From Eledone cirrhosa (taxonomy: Eukaryota): a DNA stretch of 64,000 nucleotides. Position 1 is the stretch's first letter, and every line of letters begins with the position of its first letter. The stretch is from NCBI GenBank assembly GCA_964016885.1, contig OZ024744.1, forward strand, positions 133,858,001 through 133,922,000, given 5' to 3'. The notes beneath the pieces were generated by a model that worked only from the letters and a program-made list of their open reading frames with translations, was not told the DNA's origin and did not search any database. The translations under genes and the position numbers were made by a program. Shown piece by piece: positions 22,701 through 34,620 of this stretch.

Positions 22701-25700
22701 GTTGGGGTTAAGTTAAGTTGGGGTTAAGTTAAGTTGGGGTTAAGTTAAGTTGGGGTTAAGTTAAGTTGGTGTTAAGTTAAGTTGGGGCTAAGTTAAGTTG
22801 GGGCTGAGTTAAGTTGGGGCTGAGTTAAGTTGGGGTTAAGTTAAGTTGGGGTTGAGTTAAGTTGGGGTTAAGTTAAGTTGGGGTCAAGTTAAGTTGGGGT
22901 TAAGTTGGGGTTAAGTTAAGTTAGGTTTAAGTTAAGTTGGGGTTAAGTTAAGTTGGGGTTAAGTTAAGTTGGGGTTAAGTTAAGTTGGGGTTAAGTTAAG
23001 TTGGGGTTAAGTTAATTTGTGGTTAAGTTAAGTTGGGGTTAAGTTAAGTTGGGGTTAAGTTAAGTTGGGGTTAAGTTAAGTCGGGGTTAAGTTAAGTTGG
23101 GGTTAAGTTAAGTTGGGGTTAATTTAAGTTGGGGTTAAGTTAAGTTGGGGTTAAGTTAAGTTGGGGTTAAGTTAAGTTGGGGTTAAGTTAAGTTGGGGTT
23201 AAGTTAAGTTGAGGTTAAGTTAAGTTGGGGTTAAATTAAGTTGGGGTTAAGTTAAGTTGGGGTTAAGTTAAGTTGGGGTTAAGTTAAGTTAGGGATAAGT
23301 TAAGTTGGGGATAATTTAAGTTGGGGTTAAGTTAAGTTGGGTTTAAGTTAAGTTGGGGATAAGTTAAGTTGAGGATAAGTTAAGTTGGGGTTAAGTTAAG
23401 TTGGGGTTAAGTTAAGTTGGGGTTAAGTTAAGTTGGGGCTAAGTTAAGTTGGGGCTGAGTTAAGTTGGGGTTAAGTTAAGTTGGGGTTAAGTTAAGTTGG
23501 GGTTAATTTAAGTTGGGGTTTATTTAAGTTGGGGTTACGTTAAATTGGTGTTAAGTTAAGTTGGGGTTAATTTAAGTTGGGGTTAATTAAGTTGGGGTTA
23601 AGTTAAGTTGGGGTTAAGTTAAGTTGGGGTTAATTTAAGTTGGGGTTGAGTTAAGTTGGGGTTAAGTTAAGTTGGGGTTATATTAAGTTGGGGTTAAGTT
23701 AAGTTGGGGTTCAGTTAAGTTGGGGATAAGTTAAGTTGGGGTTAAGTTAAGTTGGGGTTAAGTTAAGTTGGGGTTAAGTTAAGTTGGTGTTAAGTTAAGT
23801 TGGGGCTAATTTAAGTTGGGGCTGAGTTAAGTTGGGGCTGAGTTAAGTTGGGGTTAAGTTAAGTTGGGGTCAAGTTAAGTTGGGGTTAAGTTGGGGTTAA
23901 GTTAAGTTGGGGTCAAGTTAAGTTGGGGTTAAGTTGGGGTTAAGTTAAGTTAGGTTTAAGTTAAGTTGGGGTTAAGTTAAGTTGGGGTTAAGTTAAGTTG
24001 GGGTTAAGTTAAGTTGGGGTTAAGTTAAGTTGGGGTTAAGTTAATTTGTGGTTAAGTTAAGTTGGGGTTAAGTTAAGTTGGGGTTAAGTTAAGTTGGGGT
24101 TAAGTTAAGTCGGGGTTAAGTTAAGTTGGGGTTAAGTTAAGTTGGGGTTAATTTAAGTTGGGGTTAAGTTAAGTTGGGGTTAAGTTAAGTTGGGGTTAAG
24201 TTAAGTTGGGGTTAAGTTAAGTTGAGGTTAAGTTAAGTTGGGGTTAAATTAAGTTGGGGTTAAGTTAAGTTGGGGTTAAGTTAAGTTGGGGTTAAGTTAA
24301 GTTAGGGATAAGTTAAGTTGGGGATAATTTAAGTTGGGGTTAAGTTAAGTTGGGTTTAAGTTAAGTTGGGGATAAGTTAAGTTGAGGATAAGTTAAGTTG
24401 GGGTTAAGTTAAGTTGGGGTTAAGTTAAGTTGGGGTTAAGTTAAGTTGGGGTTAAGTTAAGTTGGGGTTAAGTTAAGTTGGGGCTAAGTTAAGTTGGGAC
24501 TGAGTTAAGTTGGGGTTAAGTTAAGTTGGGGTTAAGTTAAGTTGGGGTTAAGTTAAGTTGGAGTTTATTTAAGTTGGGGTTAAGTTAAGTTGGGGTTAAG
24601 TTAAGTTGGGGTTAAGTTAAGTCGGGGTTAAGTTAAGTCGGAGTTAAGTTAAGTTAGGGTTCAGTTAAGTTGGGGTTAAGTTAAGTTGGGGTTGAGTTAA
24701 GTTGGGGTTGAGTTAAATTGGGGTTGAGTTAAGTTGGGGTTGAGTTAAGTTGGTGTTGAGTTAAGTTGGGGTTAAGTTAAGTTGGGGTTAAGTTAATTTG
24801 TGGTTAAGTTAAGTTGGGGTTAAGTTAAGTTGGTGTTAAGTTGGGGTTAAGTTAAATCGGGGTTAAGTTAAGTTGTGGTTGAGTTAAGTTGGGGTTAATT
24901 TAAGTTGGGGCTAAGTTAATTTGTGGTTAAGTTAAGTTGGGGTTAAGTTAAGTTGGGGTTAAGTTAAGTTGGGGTTGAGTTAAGTTGGGGTTGAGTTAAT
25001 TTGGGGTTAAGTTAAGTTGGAGGTAAGTTAAGTTGGGGGCAAGTTAAGTTGGGGTTAATTTAAGTTGGGGTTAAATTAAGTTGGGGTTCCGTTAAGTTGG
25101 TGTTAAGTTAAGTTGGGGTTAATTTAAGTTGGGGTTAATTAAGTTGGGGTTAAGTTAAGTTGGGGTTAAGTTAAGTTGGGGTTAATTTAAGTTGGGGTTG
25201 AGTTAAGTTGGGGTTAAGTTAAGTTGGGGTTATATTAAGTTGGGACTAAGTTAAGTTGGGGTTCAGTTAAGTTGGGGATAAGTTAAGTTGGGTTTAAGTT
25301 AAGTTGGGGTTAAATTAAGTTGGGGTTAAATTAAGTTGGGGTTAAGTTAAGTTGGGGGTAAGTTAAGTTGGGGGCAAGTTAAGTTGGGGTTAATTTAAGT
25401 TGGGGTTAAATTAAGTTGGGGTTACGTTAAGTTGGTGTTAAGTTAAGTTGGGGTTAATTTAAGTTGGGGTTAATTAAGTTGGGGTTAAGTTAAGTTGGGG
25501 TTAAGTTGGGGTTAAGTTAAGTTGGGGTTAAGTTAAGTTGGGGTTAAGTTAAGTTGAGGTTAAGTTAAGTTGGGGTTAAATTAAGTTGGGGGTACGTTAA
25601 GTTGGGGTTAAGTTAAGTTGGGGTTAAGTTAAGTTGGGGTTAAGTTAAGTTGGGGTTAAGTTAAGTTGGGGTTAAGTTAAGTTGGTGTTAAGTTAAGTTG

Positions 25701-28700
25701 GGGCTAAGTTAAGTTGGGGCTGAGTTAAGTTGGGGCTGAGTTAAGTTGGGGTTAAGTTAAGTTGGGGTTGAGTTAAGTTGGGGTTAAGTTAAGTTGGAGT
25801 CAAGTTAAGTTGGGGTTAAGTTGGGGTTAAGTTAAGTTAGGTTTAAGTTAAGTTGGGGTTAAGTTAAGTTGGGGTTAAGTTAAGTTGGGGTTAAGTTAAG
25901 TTGGGGTTAAGTTAAGTTGGGGTTAAGTTAATTTGTGGTTAAGTTAAGTTGGGGTTAAGTTAAGTTGGGGTTAAGTTAAGTTGGGGTTAAGTTAAGTCGG
26001 GGTTAAGTTAAGTTGGGGTTAAGTTAAGTTGGGGTTAATTTAAGTTGGGGTTAAGTTAAGTTGGGGTTAAGTTAAGTTGGGGTTAAGTTAAGTTGGGGTT
26101 AAGTTAAGTTGGGGTTAAGTTAAGTTGAGGTTAAGTTAAGTTGGGGTTAAATTAAGTTGGGGTTAAGTTAAGTTGGGGTTAAGTTAAGTTGGGGTTAAGT
26201 TAAGTTAGGGATAAGTTAAGTTGGGGATAATTTAAGTTGGGGTTAAGTTAAGTTGGGTTTAAGTTAAGTTGGGGATAAGTTAAGTTGAGGATAAGTTAAG
26301 TTGGGGTTAAGTTAAGTTGGGGTTAAGTTAAGTTGGGGTTAAGTTAAGTTGGGGCTGAGTTAAGTTGGGGTTAAGTTAAGTTGGGGTTAAGTTAAGTTGG
26401 GGTTAATTTAAGTTGGGGTTTATTTAAGTTGGGGTTACGTTAAATTGGTGTTAAGTTAAGTTGGGGTTAATTTAAGTTGGGGTTAATTAAGTTGGGGTTA
26501 AGTTAAGTTGGGGTTAAGTTAAGTTGGGGTTAATTTAAGTTGGGGTTGAGTTAAGTTGGGGTTAAGTTAAGTTGGGGTTATATTAAGTTGGGGTTAAGTT
26601 AAGTTGGGGTTTAGTTAAGTTGGGGATAAGTTAAGTTGGGGTTAAGTTAAGTTGGGGTTAAGTTAAGTTGGGGTTAAGTTAAGTTGGTGTTAAGTTAAGT
26701 TGGGGCTAATTTAAGTTGGGGCTGAGTTAAGTTGGGGCTGAGTTAAGTTGGGGTTAAGTTAAGTTGGGGTCAAGTTAAGTTGGGGTTAAGTTAGGGTTAA
26801 GTTAAGTTAGGTTTAAGTTAAGTTGGGGTTAAGTTAAGTTGGGGTTAAGTTAATTTGTGGTTAAGTTAAGTTGGGGTTAAGTTAAGTTGGGGTTAAGTTA
26901 AGTTGGGGTTAAGTTAAGTCGGGGTTAAGTTAAGTTGGGTTAAGTTAAGTTGGGGTTAAGTTAAGTTGGGGTTAAGTTAATTTGTGGTTAAGTTAAGTTG
27001 GGGTTAAGTTAAGTTGGGGTTAAGTTAAGTTGGGGTTAAGTTAAGTCGGGGTTAAGTTAAGTTGGGGTTAAGTTAAGTTGGGGTTAATTTAAGTTGGGGT
27101 TAAGTTAAGTTGGGGTTAAGTTAAGTTGGGGTTAAGTTAAGATGGGGTTAAGTTAAGTTGGGGCTAAGTTAAGTTGAGGTTAAGTTAAGTTGGGGTTAAA
27201 TTAAGTTGGGGTTAAGTTAAGTTGGGGTTAAGTTAAGTTGGGGCTAAGTTAAGTTGGGGCTGAGTTAAGTTGGGGTTAAGTTAAGTTGGGGTTAAGTTAA
27301 GTTGGGGTTAAGTTAAGTTGGGGTTTTTTTAAGTTGGGGTTAAATTAAGTTGGGGTTCAGTTAAGTTGGGGTTAAGATAAGTTGGGGTTAAGATGGGGTT
27401 AAATTAAGTTGGGGTTAAGTTAAGTTGGGGTTAAGTTAAGTTGGGGTTAAGTTAAGTTGGGGTTAAGTTAAGTCGGGGTTAAGTTAAGTCGGGGTTAAGT
27501 TAAGTTAGGGTTCAGTTAAGTTGGGGTTAAGTTAAGTTGGGGTTGAGTTAAGTTGGGGTTGAGTTAAATTGGGGTTGAGTTAAGTTGGGGTTGAGTTAAG
27601 TTGGTTTTGAGTTAAGTTGGGGTTAAGTTAAGTTGGGGTTAAGTTAAGGTGCGGTTAAGTTAAGTTGGGGTTAAGTTAAGTTGGGGCTAAGTTAAGTTGG
27701 GGCTAAGTTAAGTTGGGGCTAAGTTAAGTTGGGGTTAAGTTAAGTTGGGGTTAAGTTAAGTCGGGGTTAAGTTAAGTTGGGGTTAAGTTAAGTTGAGGTT
27801 AATTTAATTTGGGGTTAAGTTAAGTTGGGGTTAAGTTAAGTTGGGGTTAAGTTAAGTTGGGGTTAAGTTAAGTTGGGTTTAAGTTAAGTTGGGGTTAAGT
27901 TAAGTTGGGGTCAAGTTAAGTTGGGGTTAAGTTAAGTTGGGGTTGAGTTAAGTTGGGGTTGAGTTAAATTGGCGTTGAGTTAAGTTGGGGTTGAGTTAAG
28001 TTGGTGTTGAGTTAAGTTGGGGTTAAGTTAAGTTGGGGTTAAGTTAAGTTGCAGTTAAGTTAAGTTGAGGTTAAGTTAAGGTGGGGTTAAGTTAAGTCGG
28101 GGTTAAGTTAAGTTGTGGTTGAGTTAAGTTGGGGTTAATTTAAGTTGGGGCTAAGTTAATTTGTGGTTAAGTTAAGTTGGGGTTAAGTTAAGTTGGGGTT
28201 AAGTTAAGTTGGGTTTGAGTTAAGTTGGGGTTGAGTTAATTTGGGGTTAAGTTAAGTTGGGGTTAAGTTAAGTTGGGTTTAAGTTAAGTTGGGGTTAAAT
28301 TAAGTTGGAGTTAAATTAAGTTGGGGTTAAGTTAAGTTGGGGGTAAGTTAAGTTAGGGGCAAGTTAAGTTGGGGTTAATTTAAGTTGGGGTTAAATTAAG
28401 TTGGGGTTACGTTAAGTTGGTGTTAAGTTAAGTTGGGGTTAATTTAAGTTGGGGTTAATTAAGTTGGGGTTAAGTTAAGTTGGGGTTAAGTTAAGTTGGG
28501 GTTAAGTTAAGTTGGGGTTAAGTTAAGTTGGGGTTAAGTTAAGTTGAGGTTAAGTTAAGTTGGGGTTAAATTAAGTTGGGGGTACGTTAAGTTGGGGTTA
28601 AGTTAAGTTGGGGTTAAGTTAAGTTGGGGTTAAGTTAAGTTGGGGTTAAGTTAAGTTGGGGTTAAGTTAAGTTGGTGTTAAGTTAAGTTGGGGCTAAGTT

Positions 28701-29169
28701 AAGTTGGGGCTGAGTTAAGTTGGGGCTGAGTTAAGTTGGGGTTGAGTTAATTTGGGGTTAAGTTAAGTTGGGGTTACATTAAGTTGGGGTTAAATTAAGT
28801 TGGGGTTAAGTTACGTTGGGGGTAAGTTAATTTGGGGGCAAGTTAAGTTGGGGTTAATTTAAGTTGGGGTTAAATTAAGTTGGGGTTACGTTAAGTTGGT
28901 GTTAAGTTAAGTTGGGGTTAATTTAAGTTGGGGTTAATTAAGTTGGGGTTAAGTTAAGTTGGGGTTAAGTTAAGTTGGGGTTAATTTAAGTTGGGGTTGA
29001 GTTAAGTTGGGGTTAAGTTAAGTTGGGGTTATATTAAGTTGGGGTTAAGTTAAGTTGGGGTTAAGTTAAGTTGGGGTTAAGTTAAGGTGGGGTTAAGTTA
29101 AGTTGGTGTTAAGTTAAGTTGGGGCTAAGTTAAGTTGGGGCTGAGTTAAGTTGGGGCTGAGTTAAGTTG

Positions 29170-32100
29170 GGGTTAAGTTAAGTTGGGGTTGAGTTAAGTT
29201 GGGGTTAAGTTAAGTTGGGGTCAAGTTAAGTTGGGGTTAAGTTGGGGTTAAGCTAAGTTGGGGTTAAGTTAAGTTGGGGTTAAGTTAAGTCGGGGTTAAG
29301 TTAAGTTGGGGTTAAGTTAAGTTGGGGTTAATTTAAGTTGGGGTTAAGTTAAGTTGGGGTTAAATTAAGTTGGGGTTAAGTTAAGATGGGGTTAAGTTAA
29401 GTTGGGGTTAAGTTAAGTTGAGGTTAAGTTAAGTTGGGGTTAAATTAAGTTGGGGTTAAGTTAAGTTGGGGTTAAGTTAAGTTGGGGTTAAGTTAAGTTG
29501 GGGATAAGTTAAGTTGGGGATAATTTAAGTTGGGGTTAAGTTAAGTTGGGTTTAAGTTAAGTTGGGGCGAAGTTAAGTTGGGGTTAAGTTAAGTTGGGGT
29601 TAAGTTAAGTTGGGGTTAAGTTAAGTTGGGGTTAAGTTAAGTTGGGGCTAAGTTAAGTTGGGGCTGAGTTAAGTTGGGGTTAAGTTAAGTTGGGGTTAAG
29701 TTAAGTTGGGGTTAAGTTAAGTTGGGGTTTATTTAAGTTGGGGTTAAGTTAAGTTGGGGTTCAGTTAAGTTGGGGTTAAGTTAAGTTGGGGTTAAGATGG
29801 GGTTAAATTAAGTTGGGGTTAAGTTAAGTTGGGGTTAAGTTAAGTTGGGGTTAAGTTAAGTTGGGGTTAAGTTAAGTCGGGGTTAAGTTAAGTCGGGGTT
29901 AAGTTAAGTTGGGGTTAATTTAAGTTGGGGTTAAGTTAAGTTGGGGTCAAGTTAAGTTGGGGTTAAGTTGGGGTTAAGTTAAGTTAGGTATAAGTTAAGT
30001 TGGGGTTAAGTTAAGTTGGGGTTAAGTTAAGTTGGGGTTAAGTTAAGTTGGGGTTAAGTTAAGTTGGGGTTAAGTTAAGATGGGGTTAAGTTAAGTTGGG
30101 GCTAAGTTAAGTTGAGGTTAAGTTAAGTTGGGGTTAAATTAAGTTGGGGTTAAGTTAAGTTGGGGTTAAGTTAAGTTGGGGCTAAGTTAAGTTGGGGCTG
30201 AGTTAAGTTGGGGTTAAGTTAAGTTGGGATTAAGTTAAGTTGGGGTTAAGTTAAGTTGGGGTTTATTTAAGTTGGGGTTAAATTAAGTTGGGGTTCAGTT
30301 AAGTTGGGGTTAAGATAAGTTGGGGTTAAGATGGGGTTAAATTAAGTTGGGGTTAAGTTAAGTTGGGGTTAAGTTAAGTTGGGGTTAAGTTAAGTTGGGG
30401 TTAAGTTAAGTCGGGGTTAAGTTAAGTCGGGGTTAAGTTAAGTTAGGGTTCAGTTAAGTTGGGGTTAAGTTAAGTTGGGGTTGAGTTAAGTTGGGGTTGA
30501 GTTAAATTGGGGTTGAGTTAAGTTGGGGTTGAGTTAAGTTGGTTTTGAGTTAAGTTGGGGTTAAGTTAAGGTGCGGTTAAGTTAAGTTGGGGTTAAGTTA
30601 AGTTGGGGCTAAGTTAAGTTGGGGCTAAGTTAAGTTGGGGCTAAGTTAAGTTGGGTTTAAGTTAAGTTGGGGTTAAGTTAAGTCGGGGTTAAGTTAAGTT
30701 GGGGTTAAGTTAAGTTGAGGTTAATTTAATTTGGGGTTAAGTTAAGTTGGGGTTAAGTTAAGTTGGGGTTAAGTTAAGTTGGGGTTAAGTTAAGTTGGGT
30801 TTAAGTTAAGTTGGGGTTAAGTTAAGTTGGGGTCAAGTTAAGTTGGGGTTAAGTTAAGTTGGGGTTGATTTAAGTTGGGGTTGAGTTAAATTGGCGTTGA
30901 GTTAAGTTGGGGTTGAGTTAAGTTGGTGTTGAGTTAAGTTGGGGTTAAGTTAAGTTGGGGTTAAGTTAAGTTGCAGTTAAGTTAAGTTGAGGTTAAGTTA
31001 AGGTGGGGTTAAGTTAAGTCGGGGTTAAGTTAAGTTGTGGTTGAGTTAAGTTGGGGTTAATTTAAGTTGGGGCTAAGTTAATTTGTGGTTAAGTTAAGTT
31101 GGGGTTAAGTTAAGTTGGGGTTAAGTTAAGTTGGGTTTGAGTTAAGTTGGGGTTGAGTTAATTTGGGGTTAAGTTAAGTTGGGGTTAAGTTAAGTTGGGT
31201 TTAAGTTAAGTTGGGGTTAAATTAAGTTGGGGTTAAATTAAGTTGGGGTTAAGTTAAGTTGGGGGTAAGTTAAGTTAGGGGCAAGTTAAGTTGGGGTTAA
31301 TTTAAGTTGGGGTTAAATTAAGTTGGGGTTACGTTAAGTTGGTGTTAAGTTAAGTTGGGGTTAATTTAAGTTGGGGTTAATTAAGTTGGGGTTAAGTTAA
31401 GTTGGGGTTAAGTTAAGTTGGGGTTAAGTTAAGTTGGGGTTAAGTTAAGTTGGGGTTAAGTTAAGTTGAGGTTAAGTTAAGTTGGGGTTAAATTAAGTTG
31501 GGGGTACGTTAAGTTGGGGTTAAGTTAAGTTGGGGTTAAGTTAAGTTGGGGTTAAGTTAAGTTGGGGTTAAGTTAAGTTGGGGTTAAGTTAAGTTGGGGT
31601 TAAGTTAAGTTGGTGTTAAGTTAAGTTGGGGCTAAGTTAAGTTGGGGCTGAGTTAAGTTGGGGCTGAGTTAAGTTGGGGTTAAGTTAAGTTGGGGTTGAG
31701 TTAAGTTGGGGTTAAGTTAAGTTGGGGTCAAGTTAAGTTGGGGTTAAGTTGGGGTTAAGTTAAGTTAGGTTTAAGTTAAGTTGGGGTTAAGTTAAGTTGG
31801 GGTTAAGTTAAGTTGGGGTTAAGTTAAGTTGGGGTTAAGTTAAGTTGGGGTTAAGTTAATTTGTGGTTAAGTTAAGTTGGGGTTAAGTTAAGTTGGGGTT
31901 AAGTTAAGTTGGGGTTAAGTTAAGTCGGGGTTAAGTTAAGTTGGGGTTAAGTTAAGTTGGGGTTAATTTAAGTTGGGGTTAAGTTAAGTTGGGGTTAAGT
32001 TAAGTTGGGGTTAAGTTAAGTTGGGGTTAAGTTAAGTTGGGGTTAAGTTAAGTTGAGGTTAAGTTAAGTTGGGGTTAAATTAAGTTGGGGTTAAGTTAAG

Positions 32101-34620
32101 TTGGGGTTAAGTTAAGTTGGGGTTAAGTTAAGTTAGGGATAAGTTAAGTTGGGGATAATTTAAGTTGGGGTTAAGTTAAGTTGGGTTTAAGTTAAGTTGG
32201 GGATAAGTTAAGTTGAGGATAAGTTAAGTTGGGGTTAAGTTAAGTTGGGGTTAAGTTAAGTTGGGGTTAAGTTAAGTTGGGGTTAAGTTAAGTTGGGGTT
32301 AAGTTAAGTTGGGGCTAAGTTAAGTTGGGACTGAGTTAAGTTGGGGTTAAGTTAAGTTGGGGTTAAGTTAAGTTGGGGTTAAGTTAAGTTGGAGTTTATT
32401 TAAGTTGGGGTTAAGTTAAGTTGGGGTTAAGTTAAGTTGGGGTTAAGTTAAGTCGGGGTTAAGTTAAGTCGGAGTTAAGTTAAGTTAGGGTTCAGTTAAG
32501 TTGGGGTTAAGTTAAGTTGGGGTTGAGTTAAGTTGGGGTTGAGTTAAATTGGGGTTGAGTTAAGTTGGGGTTGAGTTAAGTTGGTGTTGAGTTAAGTTGG
32601 GGTTAAGTTAAGTTGGGGTTAAGTTAATTTGTGGTTAAGTTAAGTTGGGGTTAAGTTAAGTTGGTGTTAAGTTGGGGTTAAGTTAAGTCGGGGTTAAGTT
32701 AAGTTGTGGTTGAGTTAAGTTGGGGTTAATTTAAGTTGGGGCTAAGTTAATTTGTGGTTAAGTTAAGTTGGGGTTAAGTTAAGTTGGGGTTAAGTTAAGT
32801 TGGGGTTGAGTTAAGTTGGGGTTGAGTTAATTTGGGGTTAAGTTAAGTTGGAGGTAAGTTAAGTTGGGGGCAAGTTAAGTTGGGGTTAATTTAAGTTGGG
32901 GTTAAATTAAGTTGGGGTTCCGTTAAGTTGGTGTTAAGTTAAGTTGGGGTTAATTTAAGTTGGGGTTAATTAAGTTGGGGTTAAGTTAAGTTGGGGTTAA
33001 GTTAAGTTGGGGTTAATTTAAGTTGGGGTTGAGTTAAGTTGGGGTTAAGTTAAGTTGGGGTTATATTAAGTTGGGACTAAGTTAAGTTGGGGTTCAGTTA
33101 AGTTGGGGATAAGTTAAGTTGGGTTTAAGTTAAGTTGGGGTTAAATTAAGTTGGGGTTAAATTAAGTTGGGGTTAAGTTAAGTTGGGGGTAAGTTAAGTT
33201 GGGGGCAAGTTAAGTTGGGGTTAATTTAAGTTGGGGTTAAATTAAGTTGGGGTTACGTTAAGTTGGTGTTAAGTTAAGTTGGGGTTAATTTAAGTTGGGG
33301 TTAATTAAGTTGGGGTTAAGTTAAGTTGGGGTTAAGTTGGGGTTAAGTTAAGTTGGGGTTAAGTTAAGTTGGGGTTAAGTTAAGTTGAGGTTAAGTTAAG
33401 TTGGGGTTAAATTAAGTTGGGGGTACGTTAAGTTGGGGTTAAGTTAAGTTGGGGTTAAGTTAAGTTGGGGTTAAGTTAAGTTGGGGTTAAGTTAAGTTGG
33501 GGTTAAGTTAAGTTGGTGTTAAGTTAAGTTGGGGCTAAGTTAAGTTGGGGCTGAGTTAAGTTGGGGCTGAGTTAAGTTGGGGTTAAGTTAAGTTGGGGTT
33601 GAGTTAAGTTGGGGTTAAGTTAAGTTGGAGTCAAGTTAAGTTGGGGTTAAGTTGGGGTTAAGTTAAGTTAGGTTTAAGTTAAGTTGGGGTTAAGTTAAGT
33701 TGGGGTTAAGTTAAGTTGGGGTTAAGTTAAGTTGGGGTTAAGTTAAGTTGGGGTTAAGTTAATTTGTGGTTAAGTTAAGTTGGGGTTAAGTTAAGTTGGG
33801 GTTAAGTTAAGTTGGGGTTAAGTTAAGTCGGGGTTAAGTTAAGTTGGGGTTAAGTTAAGTTGGGGTTAATTTAAGTTGGGGTTAAGTTAAGTTGGGGTTA
33901 AGTTAAGTTGGGGTTAAGTTAAGTTGGGGTTAAGTTAAGTTGGGGTTAAGTTAAGTTGAGGTTAAGTTAAGTTGGGGTTAAATTAAGTTGGGGTTAAGTT
34001 AAGTTGGGGTTAAGTTAAGTTGGGGTTAAGTTAAGTTAGGGATAAGTTAAGTTGGGGATAATTTAAGTTGGGGTTAAGTTAAGTTGGGTTTAAGTTAAGT
34101 TGGGGATAAGTTAAGTTGAGGATAAGTTAAGTTGGGGTTAAGTTAAGTTGGGGTTAAGTTAAGTTGGGGTTAAGTTAAGTTGGGGCTGAGTTAAGTTGGG
34201 GTTAAGTTAAGTTGGGGTTAAGTTAAGTTGGGGTTAATTTAAGTTGGGGTTTATTTAAGTTGGGGTTACGTTAAATTGGTGTTAAGTTAAGTTGGGGTTA
34301 ATTTAAGTTGGGGTTAATTAAGTTGGGGTTAAGTTAAGTTGGGGTTAAGTTAAGTTGGGGTTAATTTAAGTTGGGGTTGAGTTAAGTTGGGGTTAAGTTA
34401 AGTTGGGGTTATATTAAGTTGGGGTTAAGTTAAGTTGGGGTTCAGTTAAGTTGGGGATAAGTTAAGTTGGGGTTAAGTTAAGTTGGGGTTAAGTTAAGTT
34501 GGGGTTAAGTTAAGTTGGTGTTAAGTTAAGTTGGGGCTAATTTAAGTTGGGGCTGAGTTAAGTTGGGGCTGAGTTAAGTTGGGGTTAAGTTAAGTTGGGG
34601 TCAAGTTAAGTTGGGGTTAA
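29170..34620 (+). repeat. ~5.4-kb block with a distant near-identical copy at ~44760-50210 (offset 15,590 bp)
   Basis: CGGGG 29291/44881, GGGGTTGATT 30861/46451, GGAGTTTATT 32391/47981 and TTGGGACTAA 33071/48661 all give offset 15590. Confidence 0.85.
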